A DNA stretch of 24,968 nt. Source: a virus. Its lineage: Duplodnaviria; Caudoviricetes. How positions within the stretch are numbered: the first letter of the stretch is position 1; every line of letters begins with the position of its first letter. Both the position numbers and the translations under genes were made by a program. The notes under the pieces were generated by a model. The model saw nothing but the letters and a program-made list of their open reading frames with translations, was not told the origin of the DNA and did no database searches. Shown piece after piece: positions 7,855-17,305 of the stretch. The DNA lies in IMG/VR virus record IMGVR_UViG_3300005298_000033, positions 1 to 24,968 of that record; one strand, 5' to 3'.

Positions 7855-8330
7855 GCTTCGATTATCCTAAAAATAGCTTTTAGACCTCTTTTAAGAGTAT
7901 CAACCCTGGTTATTGTAACCCCTCTCACCGGAGTAGCATGAATCATAAGCCCGTCCCCAAAGGCAACCGCTGAGTGATTCCCTATCCCTTTAGGGCTTCT
8001 TACTGCAAACACCAAGTAATCCCCTCGGAAAATATTGGAATTCGGGGGAAGCTCAAGAAAATCAAGTCCGTCTCTTAGATACTTTCGGTTTTTATAGATA
8101 TGCTCGATCAAAATCTCTCTTTCCGTATGTAAAAACCAGTCTATCGAATAATACTCAAACTCATAATAATCCATTATCCCCGCATTTATTAGTGAAACCC
8201 CTATGAACTGTGCGCAATCTGTGCCTCTTCCTTTGACGTTCCACATGTGTCGATACGGAGTTCCTACCCACTCCAAGAGCTCATTTTTAAACTTTCTCCA
8301 TTCCTTTTCATTGTGAAAAAGATATTTCAT
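7851..8330 (-). CDS. NlpC/P60 tail-associated peptidase (gpK-like)
   Basis: WVGTPY...GTDCAQF catalytic Cys, NHSAV and MIHA His residues. Start moved to ATG 8330 (TGATG overlap with the upstream stop). Confidence 0.9.
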   Translation of the reverse strand: MKYLFHNEKEWRKFKNELLEWVGTPYRHMWNVKGRGTDCAQFIGVSLINAGIMDYYEFEYYSIDWFLHTEREILIEHIYKNRKYLRDGLDFLELPPNSNIFRGDYLVFAVRSPKGIGNHSAVAFGDGLMIHATPVRGVTITRVDTLKRGLKAIFRIIEA

Positions 8331-9129
8331 CACGTTACCCCCCAAATGACCGGATTTTTAACCGGAATGTACGGAAAGCCCCGGAAATTCTGAAGGTTAT
8401 TGAATTTGTTTTTGCAGGTTTGAGGGGTTTTATCGCACCCCGCATAAACGATCACTTGCTTCCCGACCACTTCATCATCAAAAGGCATATGCAAATATAT
8501 GCATCCCTCGGTCTTACTGTGCTTCGTTATCATTCTATAGTTTCCTTTGTATTCAGCGTAGCCATAAGTTAACCAGCCGTCCTGGAGCTGACTGAATAGG
8601 GAAGCATAAAGCCTATAGCGGTCCTCTGAAGCGCTTTCAATGTTAACAGTATACTTATAGTCAACTTTCTTTAGCTTACAGTACTTATCGAAAAGCGTAT
8701 TGTTGCAGTAGGAGCTGTAAACTGTTGGGGGACTAAAGTTTTTCTACTTGATAAAATATCAATTGCTTTAAAAACCAAAAGCCTTCCCTCTATCCCTATT
8801 GATTCACCCTCGCCCACAAAAATTGTCCTTACTTGCTTGGTATCAAGAAAAAGCCGCCGAAAAACAACTCTTATCATAGATGGATTTTTGGTAAGAAAGC
8901 CAAGATTAGCTTCTTCCTTTACGGCAAAAGTTAAAATAAGCTCCTTTTTATTCCCCATCTCGGATACCAGTTCATTTCTGGACATTGCTACCGGAAGATA
9001 GGTCCTGCCGCCGTAGGTCACCTCACGAGGGTAAGACGTAAGATAGATCTTTTCTTCGCCGTACTCGAAGTCATAAAGTTCGGCAAACAGGGGAAGTTCG
9101 GTCTTCATAATTTCATCCGTATAGCTCAT
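8330..9129 (-). pseudogene. DUF2163/BR0599 (gpL-like) tail tip gene split by a 1-nt frameshift near 8727-8743
   Basis: ORF 8671-9129 is the N-terminal half. A -1 shift continues as PTVYSSYCNNTLFDKYC... into ORF 8330-8533 (AGCDK-x4-C-x2-KFNN-x2-NFRGFPYIP). The restored length is 266 aa. Confidence 0.85.
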
Positions 9130-9767
9130 TCCTCAACCTCCTCGTATTCGTAAGGAAGCTCAACAAGCCTTAAACTTATAAAACCCAAAAACTCCTCTTT
9201 GTCGGCCCTAATAAAGTTTACCTCAAACTCCCCATTAAACCGCACCAAAAGGAGCCTTGAAAAGGCAAACTCTTCCCCCATTTTAATCGGAACTGGAATC
9301 ACGCTATCAAGATCAATTCTTTCCTCTTCAGCATCAATGATGGTCACTTGGGTCACTCTTCTCACTATAATATCGTTTTTTGTTGCAATAAAAACTCTAA
9401 GGTATGGATCTTCCTTATACGCCAGCCCCACATTTTTGATGTAAACCGCTCCATCTTGAGCGTTAACGTCTCGGGAAAGCTGGAATTCTTTTTTCCAAAG
9501 CGGAAGCCAAAACTTCTTAAGTCCTCCCACTCTATCTAAGAAAAACTCTTTAAACTCTTTGAATTCCGCTCTGCTCCTTATTACGTAGCTTGCCGCAATT
9601 TGCCTTAAACCGGTCTTAATATCACTATACGACACAAGATGAACCTTCGTTCCATCAAAACCTATCACCGTACCGGTCGAAACGTACTTTATGCCGTAAT
9701 CATCCAATATCGGCTTATACAAAAGAATTTTGTTTACATTGCCGAGTCCCGATACGTAAACGGCCAT
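9126..9767 (-). CDS. Virion tail structural protein (distal-tail-like)
   Basis: FFLDRVGGLKKFWLP motif typical of tail-tip/Dit-like proteins. Translationally coupled to both neighbours. Confidence 0.65.
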   Translation of the reverse strand: MAVYVSGLGNVNKILLYKPILDDYGIKYVSTGTVIGFDGTKVHLVSYSDIKTGLRQIAASYVIRSRAEFKEFKEFFLDRVGGLKKFWLPLWKKEFQLSRDVNAQDGAVYIKNVGLAYKEDPYLRVFIATKNDIIVRRVTQVTIIDAEEERIDLDSVIPVPIKMGEEFAFSRLLLVRFNGEFEVNFIRADKEEFLGFISLRLVELPYEYEEVEE

Positions 9768-10825
9768 TAGATTATTACCTCCTGCATTTCAAGCTCGATT
9801 ACTGTGTATTTTCCAACTCTTACATTTTCTCTAACATTTGTGATCACAGCATAAAAGGCCGGGAAGACCTTAATGCGGTTTTTGGGAGCATTTTCAGCAA
9901 CCGGAAGCTTAATGGTAATGCACCTGTTTTGCTTATCAATGCTCTCTATTTCATAAAAAGAGCTTTTTCCAGTATCCATGAAGTAGATCAAAAGCCCTGG
10001 ACTTTTATCAATTTCAGTGTATTCGGTTAGGTCTTCTTCTACGTAAATCACGGTAAGGCCTATCAAATTATCTGCCACCGGAGTTAACCGTTCGAAGGGT
10101 ATAGCACAAGAAAATAATTTTCCTCCATGCTTATCAAGGAGATTGAAAAGGTTAGTGGTCCCCGAAGTATCAACGAAAACTTTCCCTTTGATTCGCCTTA
10201 AAGCCACATCAGATAAGGCCCGTCTTTGCTCTTTAAGTCTCATCGATGTAGAAACGACTAAAGGAACGGAAAGGGTATAAGTCAAGTTACGGGAAATAAA
10301 ATTAGCAAGCGGTAGAGCAAGTATTCTTAGCCCGCTTACCTCTACGCTTAGGGTTTCTTGAGTAAATAAGAGCAGAAAGAGGCCTTTAATAGTCGGAGGG
10401 CCTTCAACCATAACCTTCAACAAGGTCTCTTTCATCTGGAGAGGCTTAAAAACCCCTCTTATGTCAGTCGTAAAGAAAACCCCCTCTAAAGCCCCTTGAG
10501 CTTCAATTTCTTGAAGGTTTTCTTCTTCAAAATACGCATTCCATATCCAAAAATCCCAATACTTGTCGCTTGGTATTACTCTGGCCTCAAGCCTTCTAAA
10601 GGCAAGCCATATTTGGTTGTAAATGATGTTAAACATGGAATCGGCCAAAAGGCCTTCTGGCTTAACATCTTGTAAAATAAAGGGTCTTACTACATAATCC
10701 CCTTTCTCGGCTTGTCCCAATTGGAGAGCTATTGAGCCTACCTTGCTCCACTCGTACCATTCGCACTGGTACCATCTCGATGAGGCTACCATAAAAAAGT
10801 CATTGATGGCTATCATATATTCCAT
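9767..10825 (-). CDS. Virion tail structural protein
   Basis: WIWNAY, EGPPTI and EQRRAL motifs recall the virion protein of D3112/B3-type siphophage tail tips. Position between tape measure and DUF2163. Confidence 0.65.
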   Translation of the reverse strand: MEYMIAINDFFMVASSRWYQCEWYEWSKVGSIALQLGQAEKGDYVVRPFILQDVKPEGLLADSMFNIIYNQIWLAFRRLEARVIPSDKYWDFWIWNAYFEEENLQEIEAQGALEGVFFTTDIRGVFKPLQMKETLLKVMVEGPPTIKGLFLLLFTQETLSVEVSGLRILALPLANFISRNLTYTLSVPLVVSTSMRLKEQRRALSDVALRRIKGKVFVDTSGTTNLFNLLDKHGGKLFSCAIPFERLTPVADNLIGLTVIYVEEDLTEYTEIDKSPGLLIYFMDTGKSSFYEIESIDKQNRCITIKLPVAENAPKNRIKVFPAFYAVITNVRENVRVGKYTVIELEMQEVII

Positions 10826-10827
10826 TT

Positions 10828-11793
10828 TTACTCCTGCTCAAGTTCAAAAAAGACTCCATAGCTCGATGTGGGCACTGGTACAGGAAAAGCTATGAATTTT
10901 CTTGACTGGTATTCACAAACGTCACCTGGAAGAAAATACGGATACCCGGGTCCCGCATAATATGGGAGCTCTCCAACCGGATGGTAATAATTATAACCTC
11001 CGATTGAATAAAGACAAGAAAGAATGGGTCTAACAAGATTTGCTTTATTTGTATATGAATTCATAGAAACTGCAGAATTATATAAAAAACCGTAAGAATA
11101 AGTATATGGAGTAGCACCTGCCGTTGGCACTATTGATAAACCGGTATTTAAAACAGATCCTGTCCTCAATGCATCAAAATAGTACAGCTGTGATGGTGCT
11201 TTAACGCTCTCTGTTACGCTCGCATACATAACCGATACATACCCAAATGATTGCGAAAAATAAGTTTGCTCGCACCCAAAAATACAATTCCCCTGCGTTG
11301 AAGTTTGGTCATAAAGGATGATTGAGCCGATATACAACGCCGTAATCACCCTACGCTCCAAGTCACTTGATGAACCTGCCCAAACATAAGCATAACAATC
11401 AAAAACTATTCCGATTCCTTTTGGATTACAGAGGACATATAAACTTAAAACCGGCAAGCCGAAACGGTTCCATTCACCTCCTACACTACTATCGTATGTA
11501 TAGCAGTATTGGCTCCATCTTGATGGTTGATTATGGGCTCTGTAGTTAGCATCAAAGTCAAAATTTCCAAAAACATAAAAATCATACGCATTAATTGGCT
11601 TCAAGCTTGGCCATATTGCAAATGAGTAGTAGAGGTTTTGATTGCCGTATCCGCTTGAATGTATAAAGAGCTCCTTATTTATGTAATCTATCTTGTCAAT
11701 AGTCCATCCATTCAAAGATGCCTTATCCGCTATAAACCAGAGAATATCATCAAAGCTTTCCACATTTACTATTTTGTATAGCTTAAACTTCAT
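10828..11793 (-). CDS. Virion structural protein (tail tip associated)
   Basis: Tyr/Ser/Gly-rich beta-type protein, C-terminal P...GELP...PGD...FP motif, distant paralog-like of the upstream gene. Confidence 0.6.
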   Translation of the reverse strand: MKFKLYKIVNVESFDDILWFIADKASLNGWTIDKIDYINKELFIHSSGYGNQNLYYSFAIWPSLKPINAYDFYVFGNFDFDANYRAHNQPSRWSQYCYTYDSSVGGEWNRFGLPVLSLYVLCNPKGIGIVFDCYAYVWAGSSSDLERRVITALYIGSIILYDQTSTQGNCIFGCEQTYFSQSFGYVSVMYASVTESVKAPSQLYYFDALRTGSVLNTGLSIVPTAGATPYTYSYGFLYNSAVSMNSYTNKANLVRPILSCLYSIGGYNYYHPVGELPYYAGPGYPYFLPGDVCEYQSRKFIAFPVPVPTSSYGVFFELEQE

Positions 11794-11796
11794 CTG

Positions 11797-12906
11797 TTAT
11801 GCCTCCTTTATTGCCATGAAGTCGGACCATCCAGTCCGCCAACAGTTCTGGAAAATAATGTAGGTATCATCACCTATTTGAATTTGACTTTCTGAAGACA
11901 AAGACAGCCCTGGAGCAAAATAGAAGCCGTCGGGCATTCCGGCTATCATCCCATCACATTTAAGATATAGCGGCCAAAGTACTCTTGGGACGCCCTGCGG
12001 ATAGGCTATAGTTCGCCGTGTTCCTCCGCTTTGGGTAGGTATCATAGAGTAGTTTGAAGACCAAGCATTTGCGTAATTTATCATCCATCCTGGAGCTGTA
12101 CGAGGATAACAGAGAAATTTCCGATTAGAATCCGTACTATCATAAAAAACTGTAGATGATAAACTCGCTTGCCCCCATAAGTCGGTTTGAATCCAAAGGG
12201 GCTGTGGGTATTCTTTCGGAGGGCAAAGCCTAAAGATGTTTCCGACATAACAGAACGTATAATATGTGTTGTTCCTCGCTACGATGATGATCCTTTGCTT
12301 GTTTGAAAAAATCCACATATCTATAGCCCCAGACCAAAAGCCGAACATTGGATGTGTGCTACTCGCATTTGCCGGGATACCATGGGTCGTATCAAAAAAA
12401 GTCGTAAGTCCTGCTATATATCCTCTATAGCATCTCACAAGCACATTAGCTTTATCATATCCCGAGCTACAGAGAAGAAAACCCACATAAATCTCCTCAT
12501 CCCCTCCAAGCCCCGTATTTTTCAGAATCACCCTGTAGCGCTTAAATTTGTAGCTGTATGAAACTTCGTATGGAGGGGTTCCAGTCAAGAATTTCACCTT
12601 TCCTAAAACCCAGTCGATTACGTAATCTATGCCTTCCTGTAAGGTGCTCCCGTTAACCTGGAAAGTATATTCTGTAACGAACCCTGTAGGGAGATAAATC
12701 CAGATATTAAGACTTTCAACATTAAGCGTCCCTTCATACTGTATGTATGAAAAATTGTTAGGAGAGTTATCAAGCTCGGTAAAAATAACCTCCCAGTCAC
12801 GTCCTGGAGTACTCGGATCATCGCAAAGGAAGCGAAAAATTTCTGAAAAAGCGCTTACAAAATTGTTTTGTTGGTCCATAATAGTTATTCTTCCCGAATA
12901 CGCCAT
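11797..12906 (-). CDS. Virion structural protein (tail tip associated)
   Basis: Directly after the tape measure. ILKNTGLGGDEEIYVG, EYPQPL and FQNCWRT motifs recall D3112/B3-type virion proteins. Confidence 0.7.
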   Translation of the reverse strand: MAYSGRITIMDQQNNFVSAFSEIFRFLCDDPSTPGRDWEVIFTELDNSPNNFSYIQYEGTLNVESLNIWIYLPTGFVTEYTFQVNGSTLQEGIDYVIDWVLGKVKFLTGTPPYEVSYSYKFKRYRVILKNTGLGGDEEIYVGFLLCSSGYDKANVLVRCYRGYIAGLTTFFDTTHGIPANASSTHPMFGFWSGAIDMWIFSNKQRIIIVARNNTYYTFCYVGNIFRLCPPKEYPQPLWIQTDLWGQASLSSTVFYDSTDSNRKFLCYPRTAPGWMINYANAWSSNYSMIPTQSGGTRRTIAYPQGVPRVLWPLYLKCDGMIAGMPDGFYFAPGLSLSSESQIQIGDDTYIIFQNCWRTGWSDFMAIKEA

Positions 12907-12907
12907 T

Positions 12908-15517
12908 TTAACGCACCCCCACTAAAATTTTTCTTACCATATTTGCGTTCATCCCAATGACATTTACTATCGCTCTCTGCCCTGCCTGAGAGCTCAAGTA
13001 TTGTTGGAGCAAGCCTGGATCTATTACATTTACAATCTGGATGGCCTCTTCCCGAGGAGGTTCATTTATGCCGTCTATCAGCCTTGCAAGCTTTTCAAAA
13101 ATCCTATTTTGCTCCCTTGAAAGGACCCTTTCGCCCACTTGCAGGATGGCTGGGACCTCATCCACGCCAAGATGAAACCTGGGGACCACACCTCCCGCAT
13201 GCATTATTAGTCCCCCGGAATGAACGGGAATTATTTTCATAATGCCGCCCGTTATGGCTTGGACCAAAGGTTGAATCACCAAGATCTTTAAGAGCTCACG
13301 ATAGATCGCTTGCAAAATGGAGAGTATCAAAGCCTTCCAGTCGAGAAATTTTGAGGAAGTAACGTCTAAAAAGTTCATAAAGGCATCTTCCATTGAGTTT
13401 ATCAAAGTCTCGGCAAAATTTTTCCCCTGTTCAAATTTATTCTTTAAGGCCTCAGAGTACTCCCGGAGGGCCTCGAGTATTCCTTCCCTGAAGGTTCCCG
13501 TTAGAGTTCGCAGTTCCTCGTTTAATCCTGCTATTTTCTCCTTCAAGGACTCTATATCTTCCAATAACGCAAGCCATTTCTCTTCTTCTCCTAATTTTCT
13601 CAACCATTCTGCTTGTTCTTCATAGAGAGAAATTAGCTCGTTTAAGGCCTCGATCTCTCTTCTTAAGGCCTCTTCTCTCGCTATTTCTTTGGATTTTTCT
13701 TCTGTTCGGATTCTTGCAAGCTCTAAGTTAATTCGTGCCTCTTCAAGCCTGTAGTGATATTCTTTCTCCGCCCTTTCTCTTTCTCTTAAAGCCGCTTCGT
13801 GTATTTTTGTTTTTAAGTCTTCGTATTCTTTAAAGCTTACTGCCCCTCCCTCATAAAGTTCCTCAAGCCTTTCAAGGGTTTCCTTTTCTTTCTCCTCAAT
13901 TTGCTTTAACCTTGCTTCATGCTCGGTTAAAAGGTTTTCCGTTAATTGCTTCTCAAGCTGTTCTTTTCGCTTTTGGTATTCCCTTATTACCTCAACCTTT
14001 TTCGCTTCCGCTATTTCATGTATGAGAGTTTCTTTTTCCTTGAACTCACGCTCGCTTATTACACCTTTCCGCCTGTATTCTTTGAGCTTATTAAGCTTGT
14101 CAATTTCCCACTTTTCGATCTGCAGGAGTTCCTTGTTTAAGCCTTTTTCCCTTTCTGCCTCTAAAGAGGCCAAAAATTCTTCATATGATTCTTGTAAGCG
14201 CTCAAGGGATTCTTTGCTTGCTTTTTCTGCCGCCCCTCCAATTGTCCCAAGCTTTTTAAAAATATCACCTAAGGCCAAAGGCTCCCTTACCGTTCTTTTT
14301 GTCCAGTCCTCATACCGCCTCAGAAACTCGTCGGAAAGCCCTGGTGCAAAAGCTTTGCCCGTATATTCCCCCGCCTTCTCGAAGCTTTCTTTTATAGCTT
14401 CTTTAGCCCTTATGACGCCTTTAAAATCGAAGGTAGTAAGACGGTAAAAGAGCTCAACAAGCCTCCCTGTTAGCTTTAGCCATTCCACCATTCCCGAAAG
14501 AATGTAGCCTATTCTTTCGGCAACTGGTGGCAGAATCACATAAGCTATCATTCCAAGACCATTTGCTATTAGCCCTATGAGTTTAAGGACCGAGGATAAA
14601 ACTGGGGAAAAGCCACGGAGGATGTTATAAACCGTCTCTATTATCCCTTTAATCGCAAGCCAGCCACGTCGGTATATTGTACCAAGAAGCTCCTCGTTTT
14701 CTCTTAAAAAGTCTATGATTGAGCGGAGGAAGGCATTTATCTGGTAATATGCCTCGGTAAATCCAAGCCTTAAGATTTGGTTCCTCAAAGTTTTAAAGGT
14801 TGAAGATATAGCGCTCCATGTCATCTCAAGGTCCTTTGAAGCGTAAGCAAAACCGCTCAAGAGTTCTCCTACCCTTTCAACCCACTCTCCGCTCTCTTTC
14901 CATCTTTGCACTTGTTCTTTTAAGGCTCCTCCTACCATTGAGTTCAAAATTGAAGCTAACTGGCTGTGTGCGTCCACCTGCCCCTGCAAAAGAGCCCTAA
15001 TTTCCTGTCTTATTTGTACCTCTTTAGCGCCTGATCCTTCGGCAATTATTGCTACCGCATTTGCTATGTTTGCAAAAGCCTCGAGTTCTCTAACATTATT
15101 CTTGAGGAATACTCCCTGCTTTGCCATCTCCTCGGCCATCATCATTAAGTGTTCGGCCGAAGCGATGGTTTTAGCGTCAATTTTTTCGAGCTCCTCAACA
15201 AGCCATCGAGCATATTGGGTAGCGTCTTTATAAGTTTTGGCAAGATCAACCTTACTTTGAGCGGCTATCATCGAAGTTAAAAAGCCAGCCATTCGGATTA
15301 CGCTTTGATTGTAGGCCTCCACAGCTTCGTAGGCCGGCTTAAAGGTCTTTGCTAAAAGCTCTCCGACCTCCTCAATGGCTTTTTTGATCACAACAAACTT
15401 CGCCGCCGCTATTGCTGCTTGTGTGGAAAGAGAGTTAAGGTGCTTGTTGATCGATTCAAAGGCCCTTCTGGTGTCATCTACGGCACTTATTACGAGCTTG
15501 ACTTGATTTTCTGCCAT
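12908..15517 (-). CDS. Tail tape measure protein
   Basis: 869 aa, N-terminus VKLVISAVDDT, long helical E/K/A-rich body, C-terminal HSGG...DEVPAILQVGERVL. Follows the G/T chaperones. Confidence 0.93.
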   Translation of the reverse strand: MAENQVKLVISAVDDTRRAFESINKHLNSLSTQAAIAAAKFVVIKKAIEEVGELLAKTFKPAYEAVEAYNQSVIRMAGFLTSMIAAQSKVDLAKTYKDATQYARWLVEELEKIDAKTIASAEHLMMMAEEMAKQGVFLKNNVRELEAFANIANAVAIIAEGSGAKEVQIRQEIRALLQGQVDAHSQLASILNSMVGGALKEQVQRWKESGEWVERVGELLSGFAYASKDLEMTWSAISSTFKTLRNQILRLGFTEAYYQINAFLRSIIDFLRENEELLGTIYRRGWLAIKGIIETVYNILRGFSPVLSSVLKLIGLIANGLGMIAYVILPPVAERIGYILSGMVEWLKLTGRLVELFYRLTTFDFKGVIRAKEAIKESFEKAGEYTGKAFAPGLSDEFLRRYEDWTKRTVREPLALGDIFKKLGTIGGAAEKASKESLERLQESYEEFLASLEAEREKGLNKELLQIEKWEIDKLNKLKEYRRKGVISEREFKEKETLIHEIAEAKKVEVIREYQKRKEQLEKQLTENLLTEHEARLKQIEEKEKETLERLEELYEGGAVSFKEYEDLKTKIHEAALRERERAEKEYHYRLEEARINLELARIRTEEKSKEIAREEALRREIEALNELISLYEEQAEWLRKLGEEEKWLALLEDIESLKEKIAGLNEELRTLTGTFREGILEALREYSEALKNKFEQGKNFAETLINSMEDAFMNFLDVTSSKFLDWKALILSILQAIYRELLKILVIQPLVQAITGGIMKIIPVHSGGLIMHAGGVVPRFHLGVDEVPAILQVGERVLSREQNRIFEKLARLIDGINEPPREEAIQIVNVIDPGLLQQYLSSQAGQRAIVNVIGMNANMVRKILVGVR

Positions 15518-15855
15518 TCTATCACCTCAATCGGTCCTTCACCTTTTCTCCCGGCTATTTTGCATGCCCTCCTATACTCTTCTTCATACCTTTTTCTTTT
15601 CTCTTCTTCAGTTTCTCCGATCAAGAATCTTATGACGGCTTCCCTAAAAAGAAGGTTCCGAACTTGGTACTCCAGATACCTTTTAACTTCCCTAATGCTG
15701 TAGTTCCATTCGATTGTTTCTTTCTTCGTTATATCGCCTTGGGCTAAAACGCAGATTATCTCATCAATTTGATCTTCTACGCTTCCTTGCTCTGCCCTTG
15801 AATCGCATTTTGAATTCTTTTCCAAAACGAAGAAATTGGGTTGCAACAGAAAAAA
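15490..15855 (-). CDS. Tail assembly chaperone GT, C-terminal part reached by -1 frameshift
   Basis: Overlaps the G ORF in the -1 frame and has no evident SD. The frame opens just before the slippery heptamer. Predicted GT fusion 215 aa. Confidence 0.8.
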   Translation of the reverse strand, partial: FFLLQPNFFVLEKNSKCDSRAEQGSVEDQIDEIICVLAQGDITKKETIEWNYSIREVKRYLEYQVRNLLFREAVIRFLIGETEEEKRKRYEEEYRRACKIAGRKGEGPIEVIEWQKIKSSS

Positions 15856-16136
15856 TCTTCAATAATTTTTGCCGCCGTTTCAAGATCAAGGCTTTCCTCG
15901 AGCTCCTGAGCTATTTCCTTTATGTTTTTCTCGGACAACCTGCACCCCTCTGAGATCAATACAATTGCTAAGGCTTCTGGTAACTTGTCTCCTATCAGTT
16001 CCAAGACATCCGCCGCACTTATTGCCTCTCCGGTAAAGCTTATATCTTTTAGGAGCCTTGCCAATTGCTTTAATTGCCCTAAAACGAGGGGATTTTGATA
16101 ATATTTTTTTCCAGCTATCTCGTATTCAAACATCAT
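15777..16136 (-). CDS. Tail assembly chaperone G
   Basis: 119 aa acidic protein between tube and tape measure, with the slippery site at the DFF codons. Confidence 0.85.
   Translation of the reverse strand: MMFEYEIAGKKYYQNPLVLGQLKQLARLLKDISFTGEAISAADVLELIGDKLPEALAIVLISEGCRLSEKNIKEIAQELEESLDLETAAKIIEDFFCCNPISSFWKRIQNAIQGQSKEA
15849..15855 (-). other. -1 ribosomal slippery site T TTT TTC
   Basis: X XXY YYZ heptamer in the G frame (GAT TTT TTC). The -1 frame has TGA two codons upstream and is open afterwards. Confidence 0.8.
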
Positions 16137-17095
16137 AGGGAGGCCTCCATATTCTTCAAGGTAATAACGATAGAGGACCCTTGGGCTGAGTCAGAATAGT
16201 AGGCCGTAAATGGTAGCTCAACGAAGAGCCCGCCCGGTCCTGAGATTACTGGAGCTACTGGGCTGTAGAGAAGCTCAGGGATGAAGAATTCTAAGTATTC
16301 ATTGCCTTCGCTTCCCGTGCCATCCCCGAGCTTGTACACGATTTTTAAGCTCGATTCTGTGGAAGTTATGGCTTTATTTAAAAGCGTCATGCTGTCAAAA
16401 AGCGCCTTAATGGTCCCCGAAACCTTAACAAGCCCCTCTGGCAAGCTGTATCTTTCCCCGCCTCCACCTATCACATAGACCGATCCATCCAAATTATTCT
16501 CGATGGTTAAGTCAACCTCAGTAACTACCGCTATAGTAGTACCTCCTTCTTGGATTTCTGCTATATCAAACCCGGTGAAGCTTGTTTTTCCAAGATCCAC
16601 TGGATCTGAATCAAAGGAAGTATCCGAAATCGTTTCTTTAGCTCCCAGAAAGTCAAAAGTTACCTCCTGGAACCCTTCGGGCCTTACCGCAAGGGTAAAT
16701 CTATTGATTTTGCATCCGTTGTATTTGAAATACTGCCCAAGATCGGTGAATCCTTTTTCAATCAAAAAGCTCGGAAGGACATTCCCAACCTTAATGACGT
16801 GAGTATAAGGCCCAGTTCCTGTAGTCTCCACGCTCCCCAATACTCCTTTCAGGAGGGTACCAATGTAGGCTTGAAGTTCTGTCCTAATGGTCCCTTCAAC
16901 GGCCTTATTGCCCAAAGCGGGTTTTGAGGCATCACGAGTTCCTCGGATTACCGAACTATCGATTAAATTTCTTGAGCTCTTAAAGTCCTCGCTTATAAAG
17001 TAAAGCTTCTTAGCATTGGGGGTGGTAGGATCTTCCTTAAAGGTAGTTTCTTCTTGATATATGATCCTTGCTTTAGCTCCTATAGCTTGAGGCAT
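16133..17095 (-). CDS. Major tail tube protein
   Basis: 320 aa, TGPYTH, LPSFLIEKGF, YNGCKIN and LTIENNL motifs. Canonical position. Confidence 0.9.
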   Translation of the reverse strand: MPQAIGAKARIIYQEETTFKEDPTTPNAKKLYFISEDFKSSRNLIDSSVIRGTRDASKPALGNKAVEGTIRTELQAYIGTLLKGVLGSVETTGTGPYTHVIKVGNVLPSFLIEKGFTDLGQYFKYNGCKINRFTLAVRPEGFQEVTFDFLGAKETISDTSFDSDPVDLGKTSFTGFDIAEIQEGGTTIAVVTEVDLTIENNLDGSVYVIGGGGERYSLPEGLVKVSGTIKALFDSMTLLNKAITSTESSLKIVYKLGDGTGSEGNEYLEFFIPELLYSPVAPVISGPGGLFVELPFTAYYSDSAQGSSIVITLKNMEASL

Positions 17096-17098
17096 TTT

Positions 17099-17305
17099 TT
17101 ATCCTCCTAAATTATTTTTTATCAAAATGACTAAAATGCCTACTAAGTTACCTACCAGTAGCGTTATTATCCACCAAAACTTAGTCTCTACTTTTTCGAT
17201 AGTTTCCTCTATTCTGCTAATTCTTTCTTGAAGAGCCGTAATTGTTGCCTTTATTCCATTATACCTAAGATCGCATTCTCTTATCGTTACCATCTTTTCG
17301 TTCAT
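17099..17305 (-). CDS. Small coiled-coil plus C-terminal TM protein (XhlA/holin-like)
   Basis: LQERISRIEETIEKVE coiled coil, then FWWIITLLVGNLVGILVILI TM helix. Tightly packed in the operon. Confidence 0.6.
   Translation of the reverse strand: MNEKMVTIRECDLRYNGIKATITALQERISRIEETIEKVETKFWWIITLLVGNLVGILVILIKNNLGG

Noticed and set aside
9760-9785. Junction of the 352-aa and 213-aa genes as a second frameshift lesion
   Set aside because: A clean AGGAGGT SD and TAATG stop/start overlap indicate a genuine coupled gene pair.
13400-14250. E/K-rich quasi-repetitive stretch resembling SMC/myosin
   Set aside because: It is the ordinary coiled-coil body of the tape measure protein.
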